64,000 bases of DNA from Candidatus Dadabacteria bacterium (lineage in GTDB: Bacteria > Desulfobacterota_D > UBA1144 > Nemesobacterales > JADFKM01): positions 464 to 64,463 of the forward strand of contig JADFKM010000001.1 in the NCBI GenBank assembly GCA_022564935.1, in the 5' to 3' direction. The notes below the pieces were generated by a model. It made no database searches. It was not told where the DNA came from and was given only the letters and a program-made list of their open reading frames with translations. The translations under genes were made by a program, and so were the position numbers. Of this stretch, positions 9,744-19,122 are shown one piece after another (the stretch's first letter is position 1; every line of letters begins with the position of its first letter).

Positions 9744-9953
9744 TTAGGAGGAGGTTAATATATCCATCAGCTCATGGGCAAGAAACAGTTTTATTATGTC
9801 GTCCTCGCCGTTCCTTTCCGCCACGGCCAGGGCAGCTCTAAGCTCATTTGAGTTTGATAGGGGAGGGTTGCGGAGTAGCCCGCAGCGGGCATCAGAGCGG
9901 CCGCAAACAGTACTAATAGAGCTAAACGTATAGGCGCGGGAAGTAAATTCCAT
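9744..9953 (-). CDS. Small hypothetical protein (69 aa) in the long AT-rich thiL-polA intergenic region
   Basis: A GC-rich open frame inside an otherwise AT-rich 725-bp spacer, with a GGAGAG SD-like sequence upstream. No recognisable motif. Confidence 0.25.
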   Translation of the reverse strand: MEFTSRAYTFSSISTVCGRSDARCGLLRNPPLSNSNELRAALAVAERNGEDDIIKLFLAHELMDILTSS

Positions 9954-10107
9954 GATTCATTTATCCACTCTCCTCGGGGTCAAAAATCGCTAAAATTTGA
10001 AGGCAATCTTATCAATTATAAAAATATTTGGCAAAAAAGCCAATATATACACTAAAGTATAATTTATACCTAAATAATTACGTTAACTAAAGGGGGCTCA
10101 TCGGTCT

Positions 10108-10136
10108 TTGACACTCGGGGCGGGTAATCATAAAAT
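10108..10136 (+). promoter_or_regulatory. Candidate sigma70-type promoter for polA (TTGACA, 17 bp spacer, TAAAAT)
   Basis: ctTTGACActcggggcgggtaatcaTAAAATgtaaggtgtATG. Consensus -35, 17-bp spacer, -10-like hexamer, then an AAGGTG SD 5 nt before the ATG at 10146. Confidence 0.45.
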
Positions 10137-10145
10137 GTAAGGTGT

Positions 10146-12860
10146 ATGGAAGAGCGGGTTCTTTACCTCATAGATGGAAGCTCTTACGTGTTCAGGGCTT
10201 ATTATAATACGCCTCGCCAGATGAGAACACGTGAAAAATTTCCTACAAACGCTATATATGGGTTTACGCAAATGCTTTTGATGTTCTTAAGGCAATATGA
10301 ACCCAAGTACATCGGGGTGGTGTTCGACTCGAAGGGAAAGACATTCAGGAGCGACATTTACCCTGAATACAAGGCGAAGAGGCAGGAGACGCCCGAAGAC
10401 CTTGTTCGTCAGTTCCCCCGGATTGTAGAGTTGGTCGAGGGCTTCGGAATACCGAGCGTGCAGATGGAGGGATTCGAAGCCGATGATATAATGGGTACGA
10501 TTTCTAAGAGAGTCGAAGAAGAAGGCGCGAAGGTGGTGCTCGTTACCGGGGATAAGGATTTCTTACAGCTTGTCTCGGATAAGGTAACGCTGCTCGACAC
10601 TATGAAGTACATAGAAACTGATGTGGAGGGGGTCGAGGCAAAGGTAGGGGTCACCCCTGCTCAGGTTGTAGATTTTCTTGCTCTGATGGGGGATACGAGC
10701 GATAACGTGCCTGGAGTAAAAGGAATTGGGAAGAAGACTGCGGCTGAACTGGTAAAAAAGTGGGGTTCTCTTGAAAAGATAATAGAGAACCTTGAGAAAC
10801 TTGCCGATAAGCATAAGGAGCTTGTAGAGGCGGGTATTGAGGATGCCAATTTAAGTAAGGTGCTTGTCACAATAAAGACCGACGTGCCCGTGGAGCATAA
10901 ACTGGAGGATTTCAGCTATAGGGGATTTGACAAAGAGGTGCTGAGAGAGGCGTTCGAGAAGTACGAGATGCGGACGCTCCTCAAGGAGCTTGGTGGAGAT
11001 ACCGAAGCCGGAGAGGCTGCCCCGCCGGAGCAGGACAGCCCGGTGTCCTACGAGGGCTACAGGCTCGTGCTTACAGAGAAGGATTTACTCGCGGTAGTCG
11101 AGAGGATACGCGAGGAGGGTGTGGTTTCAATCGACCTGGAGACCACCTCGCCCCAGCCTATGCTCGCAGAGATTGTGGGCATAGCGCTTGCCCCTGCCCC
11201 CGGGGAGGCGTACTACGTACCGACGGGGCACACCTCGATGGAAGCGCACGCGCAAGGTCAGCTTCCTCTTGATACGGTGCTCGGCGTGCTGAAGCCCGTT
11301 ATCGAAGATGGGGGGATAAAGAAGATCGGGCAGAACCTCAAATACGAGATTATGGTGCTCAATCTTCAGGGCGCTTTTATGAGCGGCGTTTACTGCGACA
11401 TGATGGTCGCGGCACACCTCATTGACTCCGGCCGTCTGAGCTACAGCCTCGACTCCCTGTCCAAGGACTATCTGGGCCACAGCACCATCACTTACAAGGA
11501 CGTTACGGGCACGGGGAAGAACAAGATAGGGTTCGGGGAGGTGGAGCTTCAAGCGGCGCTCCAATACGCGGGCGAAGACGCAGACGTGGCTCTTCGGCTC
11601 GCAGAGCGACTGATGGGTCAGCTCGAGCAGGAGGGTCTGCTCGAGTCGTACACGGCCTACGAGCTAAAGTTTATAGAGGTGCTTGCGGGGATGGAGATGA
11701 GGGGCGTAAAGGTGGACGGGGACAAGCTCGGAGAGCTGTCGGTTGAGTTCAGCGCCGAGCTTGAGCGTGTCGTGGGCGAGGTTTACACAGAGGCGGGACG
11801 GGAGTTCAACATAAACTCCACGCTGCAGCTCAGGAAAGTTCTGTTCGAGGAGCTTGAGCTGCCCATAAAAAAGCGCACGCCGAAGGGCGAGCCTTCTACG
11901 GATGTGGAGGTACTGACCGACCTCTCAAGGCAGCACCCCGTGCCCGCGAAGGTGCTTGAGTACAGGGGGCTTGCGAAGCTCAAGTCCACCTACATCGACG
12001 CCCTGCCAAGGCTCATAAACCCCGAGACCGGCCGTATCCACACCTCCTTCAACCACGTGGGCACCTCGACGGGGAGGCTGAGCTCCTCGGACCCTAATCT
12101 CCAAAACATCCCCATCAAAACAGGGGAGGGCAGGAGGATACGCGAGGCCTTTGTGCCTGATGCCGGGCATGTACTGCTCTCTGCCGACTACTCGCAGATC
12201 GAGCTGAGGCTCCTAGCCCATTTCTCGGGGGACGAAGCCCTGATAGAGGCATTTCGTGCGGACCGCGACATACACTCGGCCACCGCCGCCGAGATATTCG
12301 GCGTGAGCGAGGCCGATGTGACCCCGGAGATGCGGAGGCTTGCGAAGAACATCAACTTCGGCATCATCTACGGCATAAGCCCCTTTGGCCTAGCCAAGCA
12401 GCTGGGCACTTCTATGGGGGTGGCCAAGGGCTACATGGACGAGTATTTCGCGCGGTACGGCCGGGTGAAGAGCTACATGGAGTCCTCGGTAGAAGAGGCC
12501 AGGAGCAGGGGCTACGCCGCCACCATGCTCGGGCGCAGGAGGCCCATCCCGGAGCTTCAGTCGAAGAACAGGACGCTACGCGGCGCGGGGGAGCGGGCGG
12601 CAATCAACACCCCCGTGCAGGGCACCGCGGCCGACATCATCAAGATAGCGATGATACGCATTCACGAGCGTCTGCGGGGCGATGGCTGGGGCTCGGACAT
12701 GATACTGCAGGTGCACGACGAGCTGCTGTTCGAGGTGCCGGAGGGGGAGCTTGAGGAGACGGGGCGGATGGTGCGCGGGGAGATGGAGAGCGCCATGGAG
12801 CTGAGCGTGCCGCTCAAGGTAGACATCGGCGTGGGAGGCAACTGGGCCGAGGCGCATTGA
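10146..12860 (+). CDS. polA: DNA polymerase I (5'-3' exonuclease, 3'-5' exonuclease and polymerase domains)
   Basis: 904 aa. N-terminal 5' nuclease (LYLIDGSSYVFRAYY...GFEADDIMGT), a 3'-5' exo region, and C-terminal Pol A motifs (RRLAKNINFGIIYG; QVHDELLFEV). Confidence 0.95.
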   Translation: MEERVLYLIDGSSYVFRAYYNTPRQMRTREKFPTNAIYGFTQMLLMFLRQYEPKYIGVVFDSKGKTFRSDIYPEYKAKRQETPEDLVRQFPRIVELVEGFGIPSVQMEGFEADDIMGTISKRVEEEGAKVVLVTGDKDFLQLVSDKVTLLDTMKYIETDVEGVEAKVGVTPAQVVDFLALMGDTSDNVPGVKGIGKKTAAELVKKWGSLEKIIENLEKLADKHKELVEAGIEDANLSKVLVTIKTDVPVEHKLEDFSYRGFDKEVLREAFEKYEMRTLLKELGGDTEAGEAAPPEQDSPVSYEGYRLVLTEKDLLAVVERIREEGVVSIDLETTSPQPMLAEIVGIALAPAPGEAYYVPTGHTSMEAHAQGQLPLDTVLGVLKPVIEDGGIKKIGQNLKYEIMVLNLQGAFMSGVYCDMMVAAHLIDSGRLSYSLDSLSKDYLGHSTITYKDVTGTGKNKIGFGEVELQAALQYAGEDADVALRLAERLMGQLEQEGLLESYTAYELKFIEVLAGMEMRGVKVDGDKLGELSVEFSAELERVVGEVYTEAGREFNINSTLQLRKVLFEELELPIKKRTPKGEPSTDVEVLTDLSRQHPVPAKVLEYRGLAKLKSTYIDALPRLINPETGRIHTSFNHVGTSTGRLSSSDPNLQNIPIKTGEGRRIREAFVPDAGHVLLSADYSQIELRLLAHFSGDEALIEAFRADRDIHSATAAEIFGVSEADVTPEMRRLAKNINFGIIYGISPFGLAKQLGTSMGVAKGYMDEYFARYGRVKSYMESSVEEARSRGYAATMLGRRRPIPELQSKNRTLRGAGERAAINTPVQGTAADIIKIAMIRIHERLRGDGWGSDMILQVHDELLFEVPEGELEETGRMVRGEMESAMELSVPLKVDIGVGGNWAEAH

Positions 12861-12865
12861 GGGGT
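12834..12865 (+). repeat. Left copy of a 32-bp imperfect direct repeat (polA 3' end, GGAGGCAACTGGGCCGAGGCGCATTGAGGGGT)
   Basis: The same 32-mer (29/32 identical) recurs at 13911..13942. Together they bracket a low-GC insert. Confidence 0.7.
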
Positions 12866-13910
12866 TTTCATGAATTGTATTATGTTGATAATGAGTAATA
12901 ATTATCTACATAATGGCAATCCGGATCATCGTTAACGGCATTGGAATTCCCAGCCAAATAATGGGGAGCTGCAATGAGCGAGTCGAATGAAGCCTTGATC
13001 GTTGCTCTCAACCCGGATCCCTCCACCCCTAATATTGTAAATGGAATTGAAGAGCTGGTCGATAAACTGGGAGACCTCGTTACGTTTTATAAGTTAGGGA
13101 TTGACTTGCTGGTGAATGAAAAATTTTGGGAAATACTGCCGCTGCTCACCGAGAAGGGGAAGAAGATATTTCTCGATATGAAATCTATTGAAATAGAAGA
13201 AGTCATACGCCGTACCGTGAGGAACGCGGGGCTGCTCAATATAAAATTTCTAACCCTTGATGGGAATAACAGCAATAAAAATATCAGCGCTGCGGTAAGA
13301 GGCAGGGAAGAGTCGGGGAACGGAGTTAAGTTATTGGCATTGACACTGCTGACCAGCATCGATGCACATGATTTCAGCGAGATCTATGGGAGGAAAGCAA
13401 AAGATATCGATGATTTTGTGTTGAGTCGCGCTAAAAGACTGCTTAATGCCGGATGTGACGGGATTATCGCTTCCGGTAGAGAAACGGAGATGTTAAGAGA
13501 GAAATTGAGAGATGAAGTAAAGAAGGATTTCTTAATCGTAACGCCCGGTATTCGCAGGGCGTCGGACAGCAAAGATGATCAAAAGAGGTTCGTCACCCCC
13601 GCGGAGGCCATAATGGCGGGCTCCAATTATCTCGTCGTCGGCAGGCCTATTACCGAATCTGAAGACCCTGAACTGTCTGCCCGGGAAATATTGGACGAGA
13701 TGGATGAGGCTTTTGATAAGAAGAGTAAAAAATTAGAGTCGTTGGAATTTTCACGAATCCAAATCCAGTCGTAATTACTAAGCCTTACAAACCCTGAATT
13801 ACGCGAAAAGCAATATTCAATTCATAAGCTTCAGATTTTAAGAGTCTGTTTCCTATGGACGGGTTATTATGCCAAAGCACCCCTTTCATACTCAAGGGAG
13901 CTTTAATTTA
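12866..13910 (+). mobile_element. About 1.05-kb low-GC insert carrying one gene (OMPDC-like), bracketed by direct repeats of the polA 3' end. Possible integrated cassette or remnant of an integrative element; no integrase present.
   Basis: GC drops from about 60% to about 42-45%. The flanking 32-bp direct repeats are derived from the last codons of polA, and the right copy still encodes GGDWAKAH*. Confidence 0.45.
12974..13774 (+). CDS. Orotidine-5'-phosphate decarboxylase-family protein (PyrF-like, divergent active-site motif)
   Basis: OMPDC-suprafamily landmarks: FYKLGIDLL, FLDMKSIEIEEV (canonical is DxKxxDIpxT; here DxKxxEI), LLALTLLTS, TPGIR and NYLVVGRPI. Low GC relative to neighbours. 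Confidence 0.6.
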   Translation: MSESNEALIVALNPDPSTPNIVNGIEELVDKLGDLVTFYKLGIDLLVNEKFWEILPLLTEKGKKIFLDMKSIEIEEVIRRTVRNAGLLNIKFLTLDGNNSNKNISAAVRGREESGNGVKLLALTLLTSIDAHDFSEIYGRKAKDIDDFVLSRAKRLLNAGCDGIIASGRETEMLREKLRDEVKKDFLIVTPGIRRASDSKDDQKRFVTPAEAIMAGSNYLVVGRPITESEDPELSAREILDEMDEAFDKKSKKLESLEFSRIQIQS

Positions 13911-13942
13911 GGAGGGGACTGGGCCAAGGCGCATTGAGGGGT
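13911..13942 (+). repeat. Right copy of the 32-bp direct repeat (GGAGGGGACTGGGCCAAGGCGCATTGAGGGGT)
   Basis: 29/32 identity to 12834..12865. Encodes a duplicated PolA C-terminal remnant (GGDWAKAH-stop). Confidence 0.7.
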
Positions 13943-14125
13943 AGTTGCTCCTCAAAAGGGTAATTTAACGCAGTTGATATGTATTGGAGTTGTGATAAAC
14001 AATGCTGTTGGTTCTGTCGCGTTTATTTCCGGGCATGAACAACTGTCGTGGGGTATTTTAGAATGCTTGTACAGGATGGTACTCAGGCTTGGTTTTTCTG
14101 TTTACAAGTGTTAAAGTAGCTTCTC

Positions 14126-15574
14126 ATGTTTATTGCGGCTAGAGCGCTGGTTTGTTTGCTGTCGATCGTTGTGCTGCTGGCTCCTGCGGCGAGCTTTGGG
14201 GAAGGGGTATCGAGCGCAAAGCTCAACCGCGAGCTCACGAAGCTCATTTCAAGCAGCCCCCGCTCTTCCTCCCACATCGGGGTGGCAGTAAAGTCCCTCA
14301 AGACGGGAAAGGTGATATTCAGCCACAACGCCGGGAAGATGTTCATTCCCGCCTCGAACGTAAAGGTGTTCCTTTCCGCAGCGGCGCTCCTGTTCCTAAA
14401 GCCGGACTACAGGTTCAAGACCGAGTTCTACATCACCGGGCCGATACTGCACCGCTCTATTTACGGGGACATGTACGTCAAGGGGTACGGAGACCCGACT
14501 ATGCGCACGTCGGACCTCCGCTTCATTGCGAGCGAGCTGAAGAAACTGGGTATCGACCGGATAATGGGCTCCATCATGGTGGACGAGACGTTCTTTGACT
14601 CCGTGCGATTTGGGCTCGGGTGGAAGAAGAAGTGGAAGGGGCTCGCCTACAGCCCTCCAATAAGCGCGCTTTCCCTCAACTACAACACCTTCGAAGTTAA
14701 CGTCTACCCCACCAGGGTCGGGTTGCCGCCCATGGTAGAGATAGATCCGAAGGGCGCGGGCATTAAGGTCGTCAACAGGGCGGTGACAAGCTTGCGGTGG
14801 GGGAGGCTGTATGGAGACGTGAGGGAGGGTGGAGGCGCTATGACGATTCGGGGACGGATATCGTCCAGGTCAGGCAAGCTGACCGTGACAAAGGCGGTGC
14901 CGGTGCCGCCGATATACACGGGCAGGGTTTTGCGCGCCAACCTGAAAGAGTCCGGCATTGAGGTCGAGGGCGATGTGGCGCTGGGCAAGGTGCCCCGGGA
15001 GGCGCACCTGCTTTACACCCATTACTCCGACACGCTTGACCGTGTTATAAACCTGTACAATAAGAGCAGCGTCAACTTGATAGGGGAGAACATTATAAAG
15101 GTGCTGGGCGCAAAATACATGGGAGCGCCGGGCACTTGGGAGAAAGGCGCTAACGTGGTGGGAAGGTTCCTTGGTGTGGTGGGGGTTAAGGAGGGGGCGA
15201 GGGTTGTTGACGGCTCGGGTCTCTCCCCGCTCAACCGCTCCTCTCCCGAAGCCCTGGTCGAAGTGCTCAGGTTCGCATACAGGAATAAGCTCATCTCCCA
15301 CGAGTTCGTCACATCACTTTCCATCGGGGGCGTCGACGGCACCCTTGAGGGCAGGTTCAAAAAGTCCGAACTGGAGGGCAGGGTGATGGCAAAGACGGGC
15401 TATCTCAAAGGCGTCAGAACCCTTTCGGGCTATCTATTTACCAAGTCGGGCGACGTTCTTGCATTCTCTATCCTCTCGAACGGTCTCGGCTCTGAAGTCA
15501 AAGAGATACAGCAAAACCTCTTGATGAAGCTGGTTGAGTGCTGCCGGGACACATACATCATAAAGCGCGATTGA
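14126..15574 (+). CDS. dacB: D-alanyl-D-alanine carboxypeptidase/endopeptidase, PBP4 family (peptidase S13)
   Basis: Signal peptide; SxxK active-site motif (PASNVKV); S13 family C-terminal block (DGSGLSPLNRSSPEALVEVLRFA...AKTGYLKGVRTLSGYL). Confidence 0.85.
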   Translation: MFIAARALVCLLSIVVLLAPAASFGEGVSSAKLNRELTKLISSSPRSSSHIGVAVKSLKTGKVIFSHNAGKMFIPASNVKVFLSAAALLFLKPDYRFKTEFYITGPILHRSIYGDMYVKGYGDPTMRTSDLRFIASELKKLGIDRIMGSIMVDETFFDSVRFGLGWKKKWKGLAYSPPISALSLNYNTFEVNVYPTRVGLPPMVEIDPKGAGIKVVNRAVTSLRWGRLYGDVREGGGAMTIRGRISSRSGKLTVTKAVPVPPIYTGRVLRANLKESGIEVEGDVALGKVPREAHLLYTHYSDTLDRVINLYNKSSVNLIGENIIKVLGAKYMGAPGTWEKGANVVGRFLGVVGVKEGARVVDGSGLSPLNRSSPEALVEVLRFAYRNKLISHEFVTSLSIGGVDGTLEGRFKKSELEGRVMAKTGYLKGVRTLSGYLFTKSGDVLAFSILSNGLGSEVKEIQQNLLMKLVECCRDTYIIKRD

Positions 15575-15581
15575 GCTCGTA

Positions 15582-16385
15582 CTATGGGGCGTGCTCGATC
15601 TGTGCCGCCGCCTCGGCAAGAATGCCGAACTCTTCTACCGACAGGGTCTCGGGCCGCCGCTTCGGGTCGATGGATGCGGCCTCAAGAACGCGTTGCGTCT
15701 CGTCCCTGGAGAGGATAGACCTCAAGCTGTTGGCTATCATTTTCCTCCTTTGGGAGTAGCACGCCTTTACGATCGAGGTGAACTGTTTCTGGAGAGACTC
15801 TGGTATCTTGGGGGTCTCGAGAGGCATGAGCTTTATCACTGTGGACTCGACTCCGGGCTCGGGCCAGAAAGCGCTGGGGGGGACGTTAAAGAGGGCCGAG
15901 CAGTCCATATATACCTGAATAAGCACCGATATCGCGCCGATGTCCCTACCTCCGGGCCGGGCGGTTATCCTCTGTGCAAGCTCGCGCTGAACCATCAGCA
16001 CGAGCAGTGAGAACAGGCCCCTGCGCTCGAGGAGACTCATTATGATCTGTGACGAGACGCTGTAGGGGAGGTTCGAGACCACCTTTAGCTTCTGCCCGCA
16101 GCTAAATTGCTTGAAATCCATGTCTAGGGCGTCGCCGTGAACTACGGTGACGTTTGGCAGGCCGGACACAGCGGTTTTGAGCCCGGGGATGAGCTTTGAG
16201 TCACGCTCTACCGCAACGACGCTGCTGGCACCCTCGCCGAGCAGGCGCGTGAGAGCGCCGAGCCCCGCACCTATCTCGAGCACGTCGTCGAGCGGCGAGA
16301 GCTGCGCGGCCGTTACTATTTTTTGCAGCGCAATCTCATCTAAGAGGAAGTTCTGGCCCAGGCTCTTTATGGGGCGAATTTTCAT
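15582..16385 (-). CDS. rsmA: 16S rRNA (adenine1518/1519-N6)-dimethyltransferase
   Basis: MKIRPIKSLGQNFLLDEIALQKIV...LEIGAGLGALTRLL (SAM motif I)...NLPYSVSSQII, the KsgA signature. The ORF in the track extends 14 codons further upstream. TAG stop. Confidence 0.9.
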   Translation of the reverse strand: MKIRPIKSLGQNFLLDEIALQKIVTAAQLSPLDDVLEIGAGLGALTRLLGEGASSVVAVERDSKLIPGLKTAVSGLPNVTVVHGDALDMDFKQFSCGQKLKVVSNLPYSVSSQIIMSLLERRGLFSLLVLMVQRELAQRITARPGGRDIGAISVLIQVYMDCSALFNVPPSAFWPEPGVESTVIKLMPLETPKIPESLQKQFTSIVKACYSQRRKMIANSLRSILSRDETQRVLEAASIDPKRRPETLSVEEFGILAEAAAQIEHAP

Positions 16386-16555
16386 GGAAGCGAAAAAGCG
16401 CTTTGGGGACTTGGGTTTTCCCGGCATTTCAGATGGGAATTATAGCCGCTCGCTCGTCATTTAGGAATCCGGGGGCTTCTACTCGCTCTGACGGGTAGGG
16501 GTGATTAAGGATTCAGGTATATGGGTGATGTTGGAGCTGGGTGCGGGTGGTTTCG

Positions 16556-16711
16556 TTACCAATCGCGCTTCTCAAGGGCTTCTATGAACTTTTTTCCTCT
16601 GGAGGATTTCGCGGCCACCGTTTCGCGACTGCCGCAGCTTAAGCAGCCATTGTAGGTGAAAAGCCATCTCCATACCGAGTAGATAATGGTGATGAGCAGG
16701 AACAGCACCAT
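16556..16711 (-). CDS. Possible small membrane protein (51 aa from the ATG; the frame is open further upstream without a canonical start) with a CxxC motif
   Basis: MVLFLLITIIYSVWRWLFTYNGCLSCGSRETVAAKSSRGKKFIEALEKRDW. The open frame continues upstream (LRFLLLLGSLFWIALHQLPEYLNPFLSYEGVERLVEIIPGKIL) back to an in-frame TGA. It sits in the 540-bp gap between rsmA and the GGDEF gene. Confidence 0.25.
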   Translation of the reverse strand: MVLFLLITIIYSVWRWLFTYNGCLSCGSRETVAAKSSRGKKFIEALEKRDW

Positions 16712-16965
16712 CAGGATTTTGCCGGGAATTATTTCAACGAGTCGCTCGACGCCTTCATAAGAGAGAAAGGGGTTTAGGTATTCAGGTAATTGATGCAGCG
16801 CGATCCAGAATAGTGAGCCTAGAAGCAGGAGGAATCGCAGGCATTTTATATTAACGTGTGCCCCGGGTCTTTTGTCTGCTTCGGGAGATGCGCTTTCACC
16901 GGGTGGGGGGGAATCGCCATGAATCGGCCGATGCGGCGCCGGCGGGAATTCTCTACAGCGTGGTA

Positions 16966-19122
16966 TCAGGTTGCAATAAGGGCGGAGTTTTCTCTGTGCT
17001 CGATGTCCCCATAGTGCACGTAGTTGTTTCTCCCCGAGTGCTTGGCTTCGTACAGTGCGCAGTCTGCGAGCTTGAACAGTTGCTCCTTCGTATAGGCGCT
17101 GTCGGGGTATGTGGCCACACCTATGCTTACCGATGGTTGGATGTCAAGGCCCTGCAGCTCCCAGTTTATGTTCTTGACCCTGGCTTTAATCTTTTCGGCC
17201 ACTGTCTTTGAGCTTTGTTCGTTTGTATTGGGCAGGAGTATAGCGAACTCGTCCCCTCCGTACCTAGCGGGAGTGTCTATTTTTCTCGTTGATGACTTAA
17301 GGGCCTCTGCGATGGATTTAAGGGCCATATTACCTACCGGGTGTCCGTAGGTGTCGTTTAGCTCTTTGAAATTGTCGATGTCGAGCAGTATAAGCGAGAC
17401 CTTTCCGGGGAACCTGTCGGTCCGGGCGATCTCTTTGTTGAGCTCCTCCTGGAAGTATCTGAAGTTGTACAGGCCGGTAAGGCTGTCTGTAATTGCAAGC
17501 TCTTTGACCTCTTCGTAGGAGATTGAGTTCCAAAGCGCCTTTGACGCTTCTTTGGCCATGATCTCGGCGAGCTTTCTCTGGTCCCTGCTGAACCCTTCGG
17601 CGCCGCTTATTTTGCCGATAACTATACAGCCCATTGTGCTTTCGGTATCGAATTCGCCACGGGTGAGGGGCTTGTGCATCGGAAGTATGAGCAGTGCGCT
17701 CAATTCGCCCATCTTGAGCGCAAAGTCCACTTCTCTGCCGAAGACTTCCTTGAACTTTTTCCTAGACGACAGGTCGGGTGTAAAGAACGGCGTGCCGGTC
17801 TCGGCTACCAGGCCTACAAGGGTGTTGCTGTGTAAAATCTCTTTGCCTTCTATGTCTTCCCGCCTGTTAAGTCCGGTGCGCATGAGTATGCTCCGCTCCC
17901 CATGGCCGTCGGCAAGGGTTATGCCGAGTACGTCGGCCTCCATCGAATCGGCAATACTCTTTGTCACGTGGTTCAGTATGGTGTTGGGCTCCAGAGAGGA
18001 GCTGAGCTTCGTGGACAGGTCGTAAAACGAGGCCAGACCCTGTGAGTTGAGCTCCATTTTTTTTGCCAGCTTGTATCTGTTAAGCGTCTCCACAATCCTT
18101 GTGGCCACAAGCGAGGCTAGCCTGCCTTCTCTCTCGCCGAATGCGTTCTCACTCAGGCTGTCGACGATAAGAACGCCGATGGGCTCAGCGCCCTCATCAC
18201 CCTCGGACTGTCTCCCCGGGCCGTCAGTGAGTATGGGCACGACGATGATGGACTTAACGGGCACTTTTGTGGAATGGTAATAGATCAGGTTGTCGCTTGA
18301 GTTTTTTATGTTTCCTACAACGACCGGGGTTTTGGTTTTGAGCACCCAGCCGGGGTAGCCGCCCCTCAGGTGCACTTTCTGGGTACGGTCTATGTGCAGG
18401 TTTTCTCCTGCGATAAAGTCCTCGATCTCAAAGAATCCGTCGTGTCTGCGCATATACAGAACGATGGAGTTTGTGGGAAGCGTTTCTTGGAGGATGCTCA
18501 TGCAGCAGTGTACAGAGTCCCGGTATTGAAGGGTCAGGTTCTTTTGTCCGGCTCCCCCGGGGTAGCCGTGCTCGAAGGCGCTGAGGAACGGAATGTCATT
18601 ATCGGGGTGCAGGGGGCTTTTGGTGCGCGTGGAGCGGGAGCCCAAATGGGTCTTCATAATGAATCCGAGAAAGAATGTGGCTATAGGTAGTGGAAACAGC
18701 CTGTAAAGCGTATCGGTTCCGCTCATGTGGAATGTGAGCTCAAGAGCGACGGTTAAGGAGGCAAAGGCAATGGCCCCGCGCCATCCGGTGTACAGAACTG
18801 CCAGCGGCGCCACGATGTAGGTGAGTGGGAAAAGACCCCTTCCCGCTACAGAGAAAACAGTTTCAAGGGCCACCGCGGCGAGCAGCCCCATGGCGGCTTT
18901 CTCCACGCTGGTTAGTCTATGGATGCTCGAGCTTATGCCCGTAAGCCTGTGGGCAAGCATTGTGCCCACGATGAGAGGAAAGGAAATGAGTAGGGATTTC
19001 GGCTCGAGCGCGGCGCTTAGCGGGCCTTCGGATGTGGCCCAGAGGGCGAACGTGAGGCAAGCGGCCCAAAACAGGGCGACGTGCGAGCGAGTGTTACTGA
19101 TCAAATCTGTATATCTTTTCAT
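16966..19122 (-). CDS. Membrane-bound sensor diguanylate cyclase (multi-TM N-terminus, GAF-like domains, GGDEF)
   Basis: About 7 N-terminal TM helices and a central GAF-like region. C-terminal GGDEF domain (DSLTGLYNFRYFQEEL...RYGGDEFAILLPNT...ALYEAKHSGRNNY). Confidence 0.85.
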   Translation of the reverse strand: MKRYTDLISNTRSHVALFWAACLTFALWATSEGPLSAALEPKSLLISFPLIVGTMLAHRLTGISSSIHRLTSVEKAAMGLLAAVALETVFSVAGRGLFPLTYIVAPLAVLYTGWRGAIAFASLTVALELTFHMSGTDTLYRLFPLPIATFFLGFIMKTHLGSRSTRTKSPLHPDNDIPFLSAFEHGYPGGAGQKNLTLQYRDSVHCCMSILQETLPTNSIVLYMRRHDGFFEIEDFIAGENLHIDRTQKVHLRGGYPGWVLKTKTPVVVGNIKNSSDNLIYYHSTKVPVKSIIVVPILTDGPGRQSEGDEGAEPIGVLIVDSLSENAFGEREGRLASLVATRIVETLNRYKLAKKMELNSQGLASFYDLSTKLSSSLEPNTILNHVTKSIADSMEADVLGITLADGHGERSILMRTGLNRREDIEGKEILHSNTLVGLVAETGTPFFTPDLSSRKKFKEVFGREVDFALKMGELSALLILPMHKPLTRGEFDTESTMGCIVIGKISGAEGFSRDQRKLAEIMAKEASKALWNSISYEEVKELAITDSLTGLYNFRYFQEELNKEIARTDRFPGKVSLILLDIDNFKELNDTYGHPVGNMALKSIAEALKSSTRKIDTPARYGGDEFAILLPNTNEQSSKTVAEKIKARVKNINWELQGLDIQPSVSIGVATYPDSAYTKEQLFKLADCALYEAKHSGRNNYVHYGDIEHRENSALIAT

